Made by a program: the position numbers and the translations under genes. The notes beneath the pieces are model-generated. The model searched no databases and had not been told where the DNA came from. It saw only the letters and a program-made list of their open reading frames with translations. A stretch of 63,980 nt of DNA, counting the filler, from Choristocarpus tenellus KU-1152 (Eukaryota; Protista; Phaeophyceae), in the NCBI GenBank assembly GCA_964200185.2. It is 12 parts of 12 records of this genome, joined end to end, with 100 filler letters (N's around TTAATTAATTAA, not from the genome) between each part and the next. Parts side by side here need not be neighbours in the genome. Positions count along the whole stretch, not along the records: positions 1 to 7,690 come from CAXNAD020005746.1; positions 7,791 to 16,223 come from CAXNAD020004716.1; 10 more parts are not named here. One strand, 5' to 3'. Below, piece by piece: positions 1 through 12,204 of the stretch; the stretch's first letter is position 1, and every line of letters begins with the position of its first letter.

Positions 1-61
1 GTGAAAGTCGAAAAAAGGGTGAAAAACGGACGCCGACACCCCCCCCCAGATACTTTGACCC
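1..61 (-). mobile_element. MITE family C (poly-G type) terminus at contig start
   Basis: gtgaaaaacggacgccgac-a-C9-agatactttgaccc is the reverse complement of the terminus at 7581-7635 and resembles the left end at 9351. Confidence 0.8.
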
Positions 62-926
62 GCTTTGACTGGTCGCAACTAATCACAATTAAGATTGATG
101 CGTGTGGCACTCTGAGGCTGTCAACATACGCCCAGCATGCCTCAGTCTCATCTCTCACTTCCTTGCTGAACCTCATCTCTGGTGGTTCTCATCACCCCCC
201 ATCATGCAGAACCAGGCTCCATAACAGAGGCATTATTATATTTCTTTTTGTAGCTTGACCATCTCTTTAGACAATCGTGTGCATGTCATGCTGCCACATA
301 GGTGAGTATATTCTTTCTCGTTGTAAACCTGTTCACGACCATGTTTGACTCGACCTTTTCATGAAATAGATTTTTATAATCATAATGAAATGGCTAACCT
401 CGACAAACACGAAAATTCAATTCCAACCACTAGGTAAGTTATAGATACTCCAGGTGAGTCACGTTTGTACTCTGTTCTTGAGTGGCATGATCCCCCCCCC
501 GACAAGATAAAATAACCGCACAGTCACTTCAAATAATCGCATTGAGAGTTGAGCCACCAACATTCCTAGTATCCACTGGGAATATTACAGTCGTCCTGAG
601 CAATACTCCCTATCATATCAGAATCTGAGGAAGGAGAAGTGTGCACATATTGTCTATTAATCTCGCGCGCTGTGTTGATTTTGCTCACGCACACGCACTA
701 GTGTTTTCACACATCGGAGTGTTGTTCAAAATCATCGTGATACCCTTGTTTAACATCGTCAGATCTCTTCAGAGACACACCAGCACGTCCAGGCGCAGAT
801 GCCAATTAGTGCCGAAGATTTAGACCTGCCCTTGATGATCCATCACTAACACGCTGTGTTCGTGGGATCACTGCAGTGCACATTGGAATCCCCCCTTCTT
901 CAGGAACCATCAATCTAGTATTTTTT

Positions 927-2620
927 TCACGCTAGAATTACATCCACATGAGCCCGGGTAAAAGCATCAGCTCCAATGGGAGCGCCAAGGGCCACAATAT
1001 TATCAGGGTTTGGGGCCAGGTTGATGCCCACGATAGCTAAGAGGTCTACCTCAGCCTGGAGGGGGCGGTGGCCCTTGGGGGGGGAAGCAAAGGTCTTCCC
1101 CACATATAGAAGGATTCTCATCCTCTGCAGGTCTGTCTGAAGTTGCTGGAAAACATCTATGATTGTAGAATCGATCCTTCAGGAAGAAAGGGAAAAGTCA
1201 TCTAGACAAGTTCTGGATGAGATCCTCACTGGGACGAAAAGTGGTCCTGATATTCTGGAGTGCCTTGGAGGTGGAAAGACGGGATTGGAGGGGGCCTAGT
1301 GGGTCACCCTATTGGCCTTCCGACCTAGACTATACAACCTTGACCCCCCCCTCATCCAGGGGAAAGAGAAGCTCTGGTGAACCGCCATAATCTTTGGCGA
1401 CATAGGTAAGGCACTCTGGAAGGACATCCGAAAGAGCCTCAATGAAGGCACAGTTCTTTCAATGTTGAAGGGTTTGTCCGTCCAAACTTAAGATCCATTC
1501 CCCACACTCACGTCAGAGGTGAGTATCCTGTAGGGCTCTATCCAGTCCCATTGGGTACACCAACCCCAAATTGGCATATATTTCTGGTACTCCAAATATG
1601 GACTTCAATCAGAGCAGAATGCTGAGTCATTGCCCACCTGGTGAACAAAGTACAAGGTACTGGGCAGTACAGAGAGATGAGAGACTGTATGAGGTCTCCA
1701 GAATTCAGGGGGGTAGAAATCGGGGAGATGTACATTAAAGCCCAGAGCTTGGGAAAAACAGTGGGTATGCCTTCGAGCCAAAGTAAACGAGAGGTACCCA
1801 GTTTTAGACTGTTTTGCTTTATATGCTAAGTTTTCAATCTTTTGCGATTCACCCATATTTCTATGGATGTAGTGCCAAGATGATGTGAGCGAGTTGATTT
1901 CACCCTTATTTCGAAATTTTCCACACAATTGGGAAAGTATCCTACACACATTCGGAAGAAAAGTCGAATTTTGCACATATTTGCGGTCATCCTTGTAATG
2001 CAAACCTGGGTGCCTCTCGTTTCCTTTGACTCCTTCATGGCAAAGGTCTGTGGTGATGGTAGAGCGAATGTGACTGGGTCGAAGGCCATCAGATCCCGAG
2101 GCAGAGTTACTTTTGTCAACATAAAGGACATGTGAACGGAAGGATGGAAGTATTTCCTGTGGAGGGCACAGAATTGTTGTCCTCTGGACCCCTCCTCTGC
2201 TGCCACTGTGATCACCTGCCCAAGATCGTAAGGTTTTTCAGTGGGTTGTTCAGAGACCAGTACTCTAAAAGTGGGCTCAGTTTCTGGAGAGTGGGGCTAG
2301 GCAAGGAGGGCGGCTGCTGCCTTGGACATGCCCCCATGGTGATAACTAAAATCATTTGCCTATTGCCGTCTGGATGCGCGGCTGTCTCGTCTAGGTTCCT
2401 GGTGTTGATTTGCTCTAGGTGCCCGCTCGAAGAGTCACATGGTTAGGTCACTGATGTTCCCAACAGGCAACCTGGTGAATCGCTCTCCCCTAGAAAATCT
2501 GTCATCCTTAGACAGTAGGAGGCCAGAAACGAGGCCCAGGAGTTTGGAGGCTCTAATTGACCCAGGGGAAGTTGTGTTCCCCTTTAGGATAGGTGCACTG
2601 ACTTCATGCAGGAGGAATTC
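927..2620 (-). pseudogene. Decayed CRE/R2-like non-LTR retrotransposon reverse transcriptase
   Basis: Minus-strand translation across stops and frameshifts gives QFGVGVPNGT, WILSLDG..NPFN, AFIEALSDVLPECLTYVAKDYGGSPELLF, SRSEGQ*GDPLGPL, a CLDD catalytic motif, then LYVGKT and VALGAPIGADAF. Interrupted by a MITE at 1775-2032. Confidence 0.85.
1775..2032. mobile_element. MITE family B, complete, Sola2-like
   Basis: 27-bp TIRs GAGCCAAAGTAAACGAGAGGTACCCAG / CTGGGTGCCTCTCGTTTCCTTTGACTC with 3 mismatches. Exact 4-bp TSD CTTC at 1771-1774 and 2033-2036. Confidence 0.9.
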
Positions 2621-2623
2621 AAA

Positions 2624-2730
2624 GATCTAAAGCATTTTGGAGGGTAGGAGTTTTACCCCTGTTTTGTCCGTTCGGGGCTTGACTTCCCACGGGTTTTTTT
2701 ATCGGTTTTCTGTCAACACAGTTACCTACT
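2624..2730 (+). mobile_element. MITE family A, diverged left part
   Basis: gatctaaagcattttggagggtagg...tgtccgttcggggcttgacttcccacggg aligns with the left ends at 29050, 34014 and 54960. Confidence 0.7.
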
Positions 2731-3713
2731 CCAAAAAACAATAAATTTAAAAGCAGATTAAAACGGAGACTGAAAGGGTTTGGGTAAGACCACCTGAAGC
2801 CTAATAAACACGAAACTACAAACACAACTGAGTAACCCACCTGCAACAGCTCTCCTCAACGCCCTTCACCACACAAGTTGGTATAAAATTATTTAGTACC
2901 AGGAACACATACATCGACAACTATCAATAATATTGACCTCCTAAACATAAGGATAAGTATATTTACTCAATTATTAGTGAAGCACGCTAGGCAGCCCAAC
3001 AGGAACATGGAACAGCCACCACAAAACAAGCAGATGCGGACAACCTTGCATACCACCACTCCTGCACCTAGGTCCTTCAGTGCCGTTGGTTGTGATGACC
3101 ACTTTGAGCACTTCGCACAAATTGAACGACCATGCCAGGGCAAGCACCATTTCCGATGGAGGAACCTTACACACATCCCACCACAAGGTTCCGTCGCATT
3201 CGACCTTGTTCATCCTGGGTAGCAGCAACGTAGGAGGAGCACACACTCACTCTATCCGGAGTTGAAGGAGTCCTCCAATAGGAGTTAAAGATCAGCACCA
3301 GTTCAGTCACGTCCATTGCAGGTCCGATTGTGGGGATCTTCCACGAAGGGTAGGGCACGGAGTGATTGCATGCCAGTTTCCAAGCGGAGGGGGGGCGGGT
3401 GGGGGGGATGTCAGAATACTAGTGGATTGATATGCCATGAGGATGACATGTACAGGTTACCTACATAGCACCATCTACACACAGACGTATGATGAGTACA
3501 TACTCCGGAGTATGCATAGCTGACATACCCTTGGCACACACACACAACTCACTATACACAGTGCCTCATGTCAGACGGAAAAATGACCTTCCTGGATGTG
3601 CTTGCCATAAATATTTACTTAGATGAGGTCCATTGATGCCATCTTGTCAAACGCATCAACCACATGTCTACTGAACCACGGTCAGGTAGACTCCAGTTGC
3701 GTACATGCCCCAC

Positions 3714-6503
3714 CTTTGTCAGGAACATAGTAGGATACATGGTGATGCTCATCAAAACCATGTTTAGTGTGTAGTCCTGGGGAATGGATATCTCGAACCT
3801 GAAGCTATTTCAAACATAGTTACGGTAGATCACTACCTAAAATGTAGTGGCAGTGGAACGGGCTGGAGTTAGGAGAGGCGTACCTAGAAAAACATTTTTT
3901 GTTGTAGTATTTGGTCTGTGATTGCATGGATGAATGAGACCCTTCTCATCCTCTTCGGTCCTGTACACATACTACTTCTGACAGTCGAGGCGAAATTGTT
4001 GGTGTGGATGGGACATGACCAATAACAACCCCACCTCTACAACTGCATAATGAACCGATGATGACTACTATTTTGGGTGGTGGTATTGTTGTACATTACA
4101 TGCAGTGGTATGTTTGAAAGGTCTGCAAACTGAGCGAGGAACTCACCTGATCAGTAACTGACATAAAGACTCTCTACCTATGCCTCGACTCAATAGGTAA
4201 TTGTGCTTCTGTTGATCCTGTATTTATTTCAATTTTGGGGTGCGGTTTATCTGACTGGCAGAGACCCTGCGTTGACTTGTGGAATCTTGCTTGCTGGAGA
4301 GTGTGTATGGTCTTTCTAAATAGTGTTGCTGGTCATTGGATACACCTACTACAACAAGGTTAACGTAAATCTTGTTTTAGATTACCACTAGTGCTATTAT
4401 TAGTGGCTTTCCAAGGCCAAGTCGTGTCAAGTATGTACACGAGACCACTTGTAAAATGAGTACTAGTGTGTAAGTGCCAACAGTCTTGTCAATGTCCTTA
4501 ATCCATTTTCACTCCCACGGTAAGAGATCACTAATTCAGAATTCACATGTGTAGGATTCGCACCGTGTATTCTTCACAATGGAGTGCCAACGGATAGTAT
4601 TGAGGTCAAAAAAGCAAGCTATTGAAACATAATATGTTCCACCTACTGGTGGATGGAGCACTCAAGAGTATATAACATGCAATAAGAAGAAAGTACAAGA
4701 CGAGAATATACTGCTGAGGACTTCTGAGTGAATACTTCAGTCTCCTACCATAAAAGAATAGTCTGCTACTCTCAGTGCTTACCATTTGATATACCATTGG
4801 AAGTAGTAGAGCGAGAAGAGCTTTATATGGTATCGACATATTTAGACAGAAGAAATTTCACTATCTTTTGTTTATTTGTCAGCGTAACATCACGTCGGCA
4901 GCAGGAAAGCAGGTGTTGTACTAAAAATTAACTACAAATCTATACCATTTTGTAGACCAAGAGTCGAGATATTTTTTCTACTATAACACAAACAATACAA
5001 AGTGTGGGTTGTTTTGTACATACTACAAGTGCATGTAGGTCCCACTGCCCGAACTATGAACAGTGTGTTATATTCTAAAAGTTCAGTGATACTTTCATTA
5101 TTACGTGTTGCCAGACACTGTATGCAGGTGTGACCAACTCCAGCTATTACAGTAATAGCTCAGAAGAGCCTCTAGCGCACATACATACACGCCTGGTCAA
5201 GGAAAGAAAAAAAAAATACTGACGAGTACTCCGGAGTAACTAGAAATAGTATTTGTCTATACTCATATTACCATCTTCCTCCTTAGTGACAACTTTCCAA
5301 CTGGACAAGTGCTGTGGTGATTTGCCTCACGCATGACTACATGGTTTGCAAAACAAAAAGAAGCTTGATGCGCTTCCTCAAATTACTTCTCCCTTGAAAC
5401 CTCCCAGAATGTGCTTGATGTTTGCTAGGGAGTACAACAAAGCCTGCTACTTTCCATTTCACAGGCAGTGCATCATGACCTGAATGTCGTTGCTTGAGGA
5501 TTGCCAGTAGTGGTGTTGTTTTTGAAAAAAGGAACAACCGCCCACAAACAGAAGAACCAGGTTTACAAAGGAAACAAATAACATCAAAGCTACGTGCCCT
5601 ATACTATGGATTATGGTTGAGTGCGAATATCCAGCCAGGATTTGTTTCCTTGAGAGAAGGTGAGAATGGTCCTCAAGTAATGTGTGATAGTCTTCCTGTT
5701 GCTGATCTGCTGCCAGCAGCTACATAATTAGTACCCACACCTTCCAACCAAACAGCTACTATCGCCTATGACTCTAGAAGAGTGCCTGCTTGGAAAGCAG
5801 ACTCACCCACCCACATTCCCCTGCCCTCGTCCCTGGAGGATTTTCCTGTGTTACCTATTCTAATCCTGAGCAAAGAAGAATTTGGAGGGGTCTTTCGGCA
5901 CAAATGGAGAGGCCCTGAAGCTCTCCTGGTAAAAAATAAACCCCAAATCACCACCAACCCGTTAAGATGCAGACCATCCCACCACACCAATGAGGGGTAC
6001 GGTGATACAGAGGGACAGGAAATCCCCACAAGTATGGGAAGGGAAGATCGGGAAGACAGCAAAGTGAGGGACTGAGAATGAGCGACAACATAGTCACGCT
6101 GGTGGTGGAGTCTACGGCAGGATAGCTGTAGCATGGCGAAGGGTAGCATGGCGAAGGGTTATCTTGCAGTGTGGGAGGCACAGGCTAATGTGTCATGAAA
6201 ATGATGAACAGTCTTCAAGGTTCACGTAACCAAAGAGGCCAGGCCAAACATATCACCTGCCAAGTTGCTTGCTCTGTAGGGAGAGGGGAATCAGGGGGTA
6301 CTACAAACGGCAAGGTAGTTTCGGCAAAGGTAGAAAAAGTAAAGATGATCAGGTAGATTACGTTTGGGCGATCAAAGGTTACTCACAATCATCTCAGCCA
6401 CAACATCTGCAACCTTGGCCCAGCGTGAGAAGAGCACACTAGCCGTGAAAAACACCGCATCATCACCCACAATAGTGCAGGCAATACACGCACGCCGGTC
6501 AAC
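3714..6503 (-). CDS. Putative internal exons of an unidentified gene (6387-6503; 3884-3915; 3714-3798)
   Basis: AG/GT-bounded open segments: VDRRACIACTIVGDDAVFFTASVLFSRWAKVADVVAEMI, and a phase-compatible pair giving TKYYNKKCFS-R-FEISIPQDYTLNMVLMSITMYPTMFLTK. No family recognised. Confidence 0.35.
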
Positions 6504-7580
6504 CTGTCCCCCAAGAAACACGAATGCATGTGCACGCTTGAGTTGTGCGTCTGAATTCGAAATTTAAGGCATGGACAAGCAAACAAACATATCTTGTGTG
6601 TGTGCATGTGTGTGTGTGTGTGTGTGTGTTACTGTAGTACAAAACAAGAGAGGTCATCTTGCACACCGAACAGCTCAACGTTTCATTCAGATGGTGAAAA
6701 AATACCAAAAAGAGGTATAGCTACAACCTCGCATATGTATGTTGCTACAATGTTGCTGAGTCCCTGTCTGTGCAAAATCCTCGTTTGGGAGTGAACATGC
6801 TTGTCCTTACATGTCCTGAGAAGAGATAAGATACCAATCTCAACCCACCTTACTTCGTCACCTACAAGGGAGTACACAGTGGAAGAGTGTGTATTTCCCA
6901 TGATCTCCCTCTTCCCCCCTCCTCATAACCCCCTTCCACCCCACAAGAAACAGCTCTGTTCAGAGACCCATGCTAAAGCTCCACTAAAGTAGCGTCAAAG
7001 TACTTGGGAACATCTGACATGCCGGCATGATAATGCCATGGGAATATCATGCTACGTAGTATCAAGCATATCGAGAGCCACTTCCTGTCTAGTTGAAGTA
7101 CGCCCCATTAGCAGAGCTTCTTTATCATTTCAAATCCCTAGTTCTAATACTCACTTAGTTCCTGCTGAAGGCATCTCCATTCACCTATCACACACCAATT
7201 GTTGTGCCGTTGCAATTGAACATAACCGATGAATTGATTTTAAAAGAAGAGAGACCACCCTAACCCTAACCCTCCGATTGGAAAAAATACACACGACAAT
7301 AAAAACCACTACCTAGCACATTCTTAGCACGTTCTTAGACGGGGCAAGGAAACAACAAAAAAAAGTCAAAATGAACTCTCTCTCGTCCACGACAAAACAA
7401 TTCCTTCAACATCAGCATCTTGCACGCCCCCCGCCCCCCTCCCCCCCAATGCGTCCCATTTTGGTGTATACCATATATATATATATATAGTTTTCCCCAT
7501 TAACCCCTTTAGTCTTGCCCGCCGGTACTGCAGAGGAGAACCAATTGCAATTGCATTCAATTCGCAAAGGTTAAGGGTAA

Positions 7581-7690
7581 GGGTCAAAGTATCTGGGGGG
7601 GGGGGGGGGGGGGGGGGTCGGCGTCCGTTTTTCACTTTTTGGTCTGATTTGGTTGTACATGTTGGATTTGAAATGTCAGCAAAAAAAAAA
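7581..7690 (+). mobile_element. MITE family C left end at contig end
   Basis: gggtcaaagtatct-polyG-tcggcgtccgtttttcac. Similar ends terminate contigs at about 16205, 23384 and 26341. Confidence 0.8.
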
Positions 7691-7790
7691 NNNNNNNNNN
7701 NNNNNNNNNNNNNNNNNNNNNNNNNNNNNNNNNNTTAATTAATTAANNNNNNNNNNNNNNNNNNNNNNNNNNNNNNNNNNNNNNNNNNNN
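7691..7790. other. Artificial contig-joining spacer (one of 11)
   Basis: N44-TTAATTAATTAA-N44, which puts stops in all six frames. The same spacer occurs at 16224, 20599, 23418, 26372, 29246, 32924, 38590, 43813, 56765 and 60800. Confidence 0.99.
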
Positions 7791-7817
7791 GGTGGTGTGT
7801 GTGGTGGGTTGGTGGGT

Positions 7818-7853
<36 letters not shown>

Positions 7854-9350
7854 GGACATTTCCAGGGGACAGGAGTGTGTGTGTGTTTTTTTTGTGTCAG
7901 ACACATTGCCTCGAATAGAACGGAGTTGTCTAGGGAATGTATGTGTGTGTGGTGTAAGTTAAACACCTCACTGCCTGATCTGTCACGTCTTATGTACGAG
8001 GGTTTGTATGGCTCATATCATGCTCCTTATAGATGAACTCACTCGGTGCCAGGATGGTGTGTAGGTCATCCAGTTCGAGGAATCGTTGAAGGAGTAGTGA
8101 ATGTTTGCATCCCTTATGAGCGGACCCATAGTGTGATGTATATAGCTCCTTTGGCCATCCATGCCTTGTGATGAGATCACCCCTATTACCCTTCCAAGTT
8201 TAGTGAAGCATATGTTCAGGTAGATACAAGGGACTGGCTGGTGGCAAACCTTTTTTTTGACCTCAATGTTTTCCCACTTTCTTGTTCTCATCATAGTGAT
8301 GAAGTACCTGCCTCACAAGTGGGCATTTATGAGTGTTGGAGTAGTGTGGTTAGCCATATTGGAAACACAGTATGTGTTACATCATGTCACACGTTTCTGA
8401 GACCACGAGGAGCCCATGCCAGCCTCCTGTGGGTCATATGTCTACTCTAATAAGTTAGTTCTTCATTGTAACTTTTTGTTCCACAACAGTCAAGGGGACA
8501 GTTTGGATCAAGTTCATGATTGTAAAAGAGGTTAAGACAATTTCCAACTTGTGCTGTACAATGCAAATCACTCAATTACTTCTATAGCCATACAGCATAT
8601 GAACCCAACACACAGAAGTAACGAGTGAACTGATTATGTTCGAGGCAACCTGACTCTGATTATTAAGTAACTTTTGAACCAATCACCCAAAGGTGACGAG
8701 TGAATGCACTGATTAGGTCAAGTGCAAGCTGGCTCTGATTATATTGTGTGACTCTTGGATATGACACTCCCAACAGTAGCATAAGGGTTAGTACACTTGG
8801 ATCAGTTGTAAGGTGATACACGGGTAAATCGGAACTGGGAAAACACACTACATCTATCATACAACTTGCAATGTTTTTTTGTAATGAAATACTGTTGCAC
8901 CACATTTCATTGTACCATCTCCATTCATGTTACGATCCTTCGTTGCCACGTACCTCACTCAAGATTCCGTCTTACGCGGCACATCGACAGAGAGGATAGG
9001 ACAAGTACACAATCTGTAATTCCTGGCACGTGAATTTTTTATATCGAAACATGATTTCAACCAAGAAACATCGGATTGATAGGGTTCCAACTTCTTGAGT
9101 CGACAGTTTCCTGTGCACTTGCATTAATGGGTAATATCCACTGGTTGACTGTGCTAGCATGCAGCCTCTGTGACATTGATTCAGCCAAATGTGTCAATTA
9201 ACGCGTTTAAGTTTACTCTTAAGAAATTAGCCTCTGATGTATTACTTCAATTTCAGTTTCGTTTTGACAACTGATAAAACATTACTGTACCTTTTAATCA
9301 AACCTCTGGATCACATAGGTTTTGTGTTGTAGAATGCGAATGCAAAAAAT

Positions 9351-9554
9351 GGGTTAGTATCTGGGGGGGGGTGCCGGCGTCTGTTTTTGACGCTGGCCTA
9401 ACGTATGTAGCAGGGGTGCCAGCTGTCCATTTGGGGTCAATTTTTGGGTGATTTGGCTCAATACGTTAGATGGATAATGAAAGTGCACATTTCCTGGTTT
9501 TGGTCAAAATGGACACCCTGGTGTAGATCCCCCCTCCCCCAGATACTTTAGGTC
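9351..9554. mobile_element. MITE family C, near complete
   Basis: Left end gggttagtatct-G-run, right end cccccagatactttaggtc. Has an internal inverted pair gtccatttgggg / caaaatggacac shared with family A. Confidence 0.75.
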
Positions 9555-10251
9555 AAAAAAGAGATTGAAGAATTGAGATTACTCCAACTTTGCCACTAAT
9601 AAAGGGTTTCCTCAAATTTTACCTTAGATTACCAGCAATTACACAACCATGAGTAGGTATATTGCATTGTGCGTAAGAATGGTATCTCCATTTTGACTTT
9701 TTTGTTTTTCGTTTTTTTTGAAAGCTGAGTTACACGTGTATTTTCCTCTATCTTTGACATTGACTGCAACTGAGAACATCTCTTTCCTCTACTCTCTCAA
9801 GCTAAAATGCTCACTGTACTGTATGGTGGGTTTTCCACAGTGGACTTCTTGATATTTAACGTATCTGGACATGTCTTGCCACTCTACTCCTTCCTTCCCA
9901 TAGACTGACCACAGTCTCACTCATCCCTAGAGGTATCAACTGCTACTGCAATTCATCAATCAACTCATGCCTCCAGATTTTACACAAAAACCAAAGTGGT
10001 TCCCTTAGAGTCATCCAGGCAGCTTGACGGCGTGCCACCGACAACTGCTAAGTCTAATTTGTTCAGCAAGCATTTGATGGATGGAGGAGGGAAGGGAAAT
10101 CAGTATGGGGCCTAGAAGGGCAAGCTGCTCAATGAGACATACCAACCCCAGAAAACTTGTACGAAATGTCAAGGCAAAGAAATTTTAAGTACTCACTGCT
10201 AAACTACACCAATTCCATTCCCTAGTTCCAGGCACAGTAACCAAAAAGTAT

Positions 10252-11775
10252 CTAGGTGGCCCAGTTCATGAACTGCTCAAGGGTACCACCATTCTGGTCA
10301 TTGAACTGCTGCAGCGCCATGCCAAGGAAACCAATCATTGCCAGTCTGCAGTGCTTGATCTCTGCTAGGGCGTAGTCTGGGTTAACACCATTGGCGGCAA
10401 GTCCAAGGGGGTCGAATCCAAGATCACCGGGGGTGGTGCTCTGTCCCTCAGCGAAACCCTCTTCATAGGCTTCCCCAAAGGCATTGACCTTCGAGGAGGA
10501 AGTGGTCTTAGCAGCACCAGTAAGGAAAGACCTCTTTCCATCCTGGACCGCCTTACGCTCAAGGGGGGAAAGGTTGTCTTCAAATGCGAACGCCGTCGAA
10601 TAGTTGGACCCGAAAGAGGCCACTTCGATTAGTCCACACGCTAAGACAATCTGTGCCAGACCGAACCTGGGCACCTCGTTAAGGGCGAGGAAAGCGTTCA
10701 TCTGTGTGAACTCTGGGGCAAACTCAAACCCAGAGAAGCCAACAGGGTGCTGGATAAGTTCTGGGGCAAGGAAACCAACAGTCGCCAGCATGCACACACG
10801 GCCATGCTTGAGCTCCGCCGCGCGCATCCACCCCAGGTCAAACGTTTGCGCCAGCCCAAGGGGATCAAACCCTACATCACCAACAAGCGACCCGTCACCG
10901 ATAACAGGGGCCTTCGACCAGGGTAGGGCCTTGGAGATTGAAGGGTCCGTAGATTCATAATCCAAAGCTGGTGGTAGAGAAAAGGTGAAGGGTACAGTTC
11001 GGACAGAGTGGGTAACACAAGCATGATCAGTCGCATAATTTTGAATAGAAAATGTTCGGGTGACTAACTACCCTGAAGGCTTTACGTTGGATGTACTGTT
11101 ACTGCGAGAAAGTGTGTGAAGTTAACGCCCCGAGCAAATTGGAAGTTGGACATTCCTATTTCGTACTTAAGGCACCCAAATAACGGGAGGTTGAACAATC
11201 CATCAAGTAATGGGGGTAGGTACTCTTGAACAGGACACGACTGACAAGAATACCAATGTAACAACCCCTATTTTTCGAGAAGCACCTGATGCCACGCATG
11301 TTCATAGACTCTGCGTTAGCTCATCCTGTCTGGATAACGTTAGCTACAGCCACAAGTTAAACAAAAACTGACCAAAGACCTATCGGAGCTTATAGTGGGT
11401 AGCACTTCTAGAGTAAAGTCTAAACTCCCAACAGTTCTGCACACCATTTCTCCCTAACTTCAACACAAACTTTAAGACTTGACTGAATTGTCTCATTCAA
11501 CGATTTGCATGCACAGAATATTCATGCCCCTGGCGTACTCCCTTAGCCATCGTAATCCTAACACTCTTTGATTAGCGGAATAATCGTGTTCAAAGTGGGA
11601 GAAGATCTACTGGCATAGGACACATCCAGACTTTTTAAGTGACGAGAACCTCGTACTCACCCATGGACAAGGTTGATGGCTTGACGCTCTTTGAGGTGGA
11701 CAGGAACGACGTGGCGGGGACAAACGCCGAGGCGGTTGCAGCCATGCTTACGGTCGCGGCAATCTCGAACTTCAT
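10252..11775 (-). CDS. Light-harvesting chlorophyll a/c (FCP/LHC family) protein, 2 exons (11661-11775, 10252-10967), about 276 aa
   Basis: Exon 1 MKFEIAATVSMAATASAFVP is a bipartite presequence, followed by a GT-AG phase-1 intron. Mature part has GFDPLG, RAAELKHGRVCMLA and AEIKHCRLAMIG. Confidence 0.96.
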
Positions 11776-12204
11776 TTTGGGATTGTGATGAATCCTCGTA
11801 AAACTACAAGATGACTCCTTTGACTTAGAGGTGTGTCTTGACAGATGTACAAAGGATGGATCACATACGCTTCCACCTCAGCACATGAAGAGAAGCAGTT
11901 TATCGAAAAGTTAAATTTGACAAGGTATCTGAGGAGTGCAACACCCAAAATATATGTTGGATATTTTGTCAATATTCGTGTGCATGTATATAATGCACGA
12001 ATCTCAAAAACACTTGAACATAATATGCCTTGGCAGATTGAAGAGTTCAATGAGTGGTGTAGATGTTTTTTGCTTCTAGGGGGATTGAAGATTTTTGTGC
12101 ATGAAGGGAAAGGGGAGGTTGTCAATAAAAATTGTGACATCCCCTAATACCATCTTCCAACAGCGGACAGTCAGTATTTTTGCTACAAGTTTCACCCTTT
12201 GACC
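11776..12204. promoter_or_regulatory. Probable bidirectional promoter between two divergent LHC genes
   Basis: Only 429 bp separate the two divergent ATGs. Confidence 0.65.

Noticed and set aside
19-7635. Inverted repeats at both ends of the first contig read as TIRs of one 7.6-kb transposon
   Set aside because: Comparison with the complete 9351-9554 copy shows these are ends of two separate MITEs extending outward from the contig.
10365-10960. Overlapping alternative-frame and antisense ORFs over the LHC, dynein and Copia regions
   Set aside because: They are shadows of real coding frames.
11940-12100. Evening-element/CCA1-like motifs (ggatatttt, agattttt) in the LHC intergenic region
   Set aside because: Short AT-rich matches are expected by chance, and plant motifs are not established for this lineage.
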